Assembly: GCA_040882355.1 (NCBI GenBank)
Contig: JBBEBM010000005.1
Span: 1-46,271 of the forward strand
Length of the DNA stretch: 46,271 nt
Direction: 5' to 3'
From: Dehalococcoidia bacterium
GTDB lineage: Bacteria; Chloroflexota; Dehalococcoidia; DSTF01; RBG-16-68-14
Position numbers and translations under genes: made by a program. The notes under the pieces are model-generated. The model saw only the letters and a list, made by a program, of their open reading frames with translations, was not told where the DNA came from and ran no database searches. Position 1 is the first letter of the stretch. Each line of letters starts with the position of its first letter. This document shows positions 45,877 through 46,271 of the stretch, piece by piece.

Positions 45877-46271
45877 CTTCACCCTCGTCTCCGACTTCCG
45901 CGCGACCGGCGACCAGCCCGAGGCGATCGACAACCTGGTCGCGGGCCTGAGCAGCGGCGCCCGCTATCAGACGCTGCTCGGCGTCACGGGCAGCGGCAAG
46001 ACGTTCACGATGGCGAGCGTCATCGAGCGGGTGAACCGCCCGACGCTCGTGCTCGCGCCGAACCGCACCCTCGCCGCCCAGCTCTGCTCCGAGTTCAAGG
46101 AGTTCTTCCCTGAGAACGAGGTCCAGTACTTCGTCTCGTACTACGACTACTACCAGCCCGAGGCGTACATCCCCCGCACCGACACCTACATCGCCAAGGA
46201 CGCCGACATCAACGACGAGATCGACAAGCTGCGCCACGCCGCCACGCGCGCGCTGTTCGAGCGGCGCGATG
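45869..46271 (+). CDS. uvrB: Excinuclease ABC subunit B (5' part, runs off the window)
   Basis: Manual translation: [37 protein letters not shown]. Confidence 0.96.
   Translation, partial: MPDFTLVSDFRATGDQPEAIDNLVAGLSSGARYQTLLGVTGSGKTFTMASVIERVNRPTLVLAPNRTLAAQLCSEFKEFFPENEVQYFVSYYDYYQPEAYIPRTDTYIAKDADINDEIDKLRHAATRALFERRD

Overview
GC-rich bacterial chromosome segment, probably Chloroflexota/Dehalococcoidia-like (inferred from protein families and repeat types; no marker gene is present). It is mostly housekeeping: dut; a fluoride-riboswitch crcB-DUF190 unit; aquaporin; HAMP-GGDEF cyclase; folD; acpS-nnr; a cobalamin-riboswitch btuFCD-cobT-cobS-cobU salvage operon; ltaE; polA; mutM; a D,D-carboxypeptidase; rsgA; panDBC behind a pan-type RNA leader; surE; yebC-ruvC-ruvA (no ruvB); and the 5' part of uvrB. 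Accessory genes include an HNH protein with an unknown neighbour, an HD + HSP90-like ATPase fusion, a membrane-anchored LuxR protein, orphan antitoxin-like genes, and four secreted proteins with a dockerin-like tail (three also have a 6-Cys cohesin-like domain). The strongest non-obvious signals are: (1) a promoter / SD / 19-codon leader peptide / terminator attenuator in front of rsgA; (2) a 24-nt micro-element (PSTSLRAG) and 15-nt hairpins nested inside other repeats and in frame inside genes; (3) a relic copy of the polA 5' end that differs only at synonymous sites and brackets a cupin gene; (4) many apparently leaderless genes. No CRISPR array, tRNA, rRNA, transposase or integrase was seen. 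Family names come from motif recognition, not database searches.
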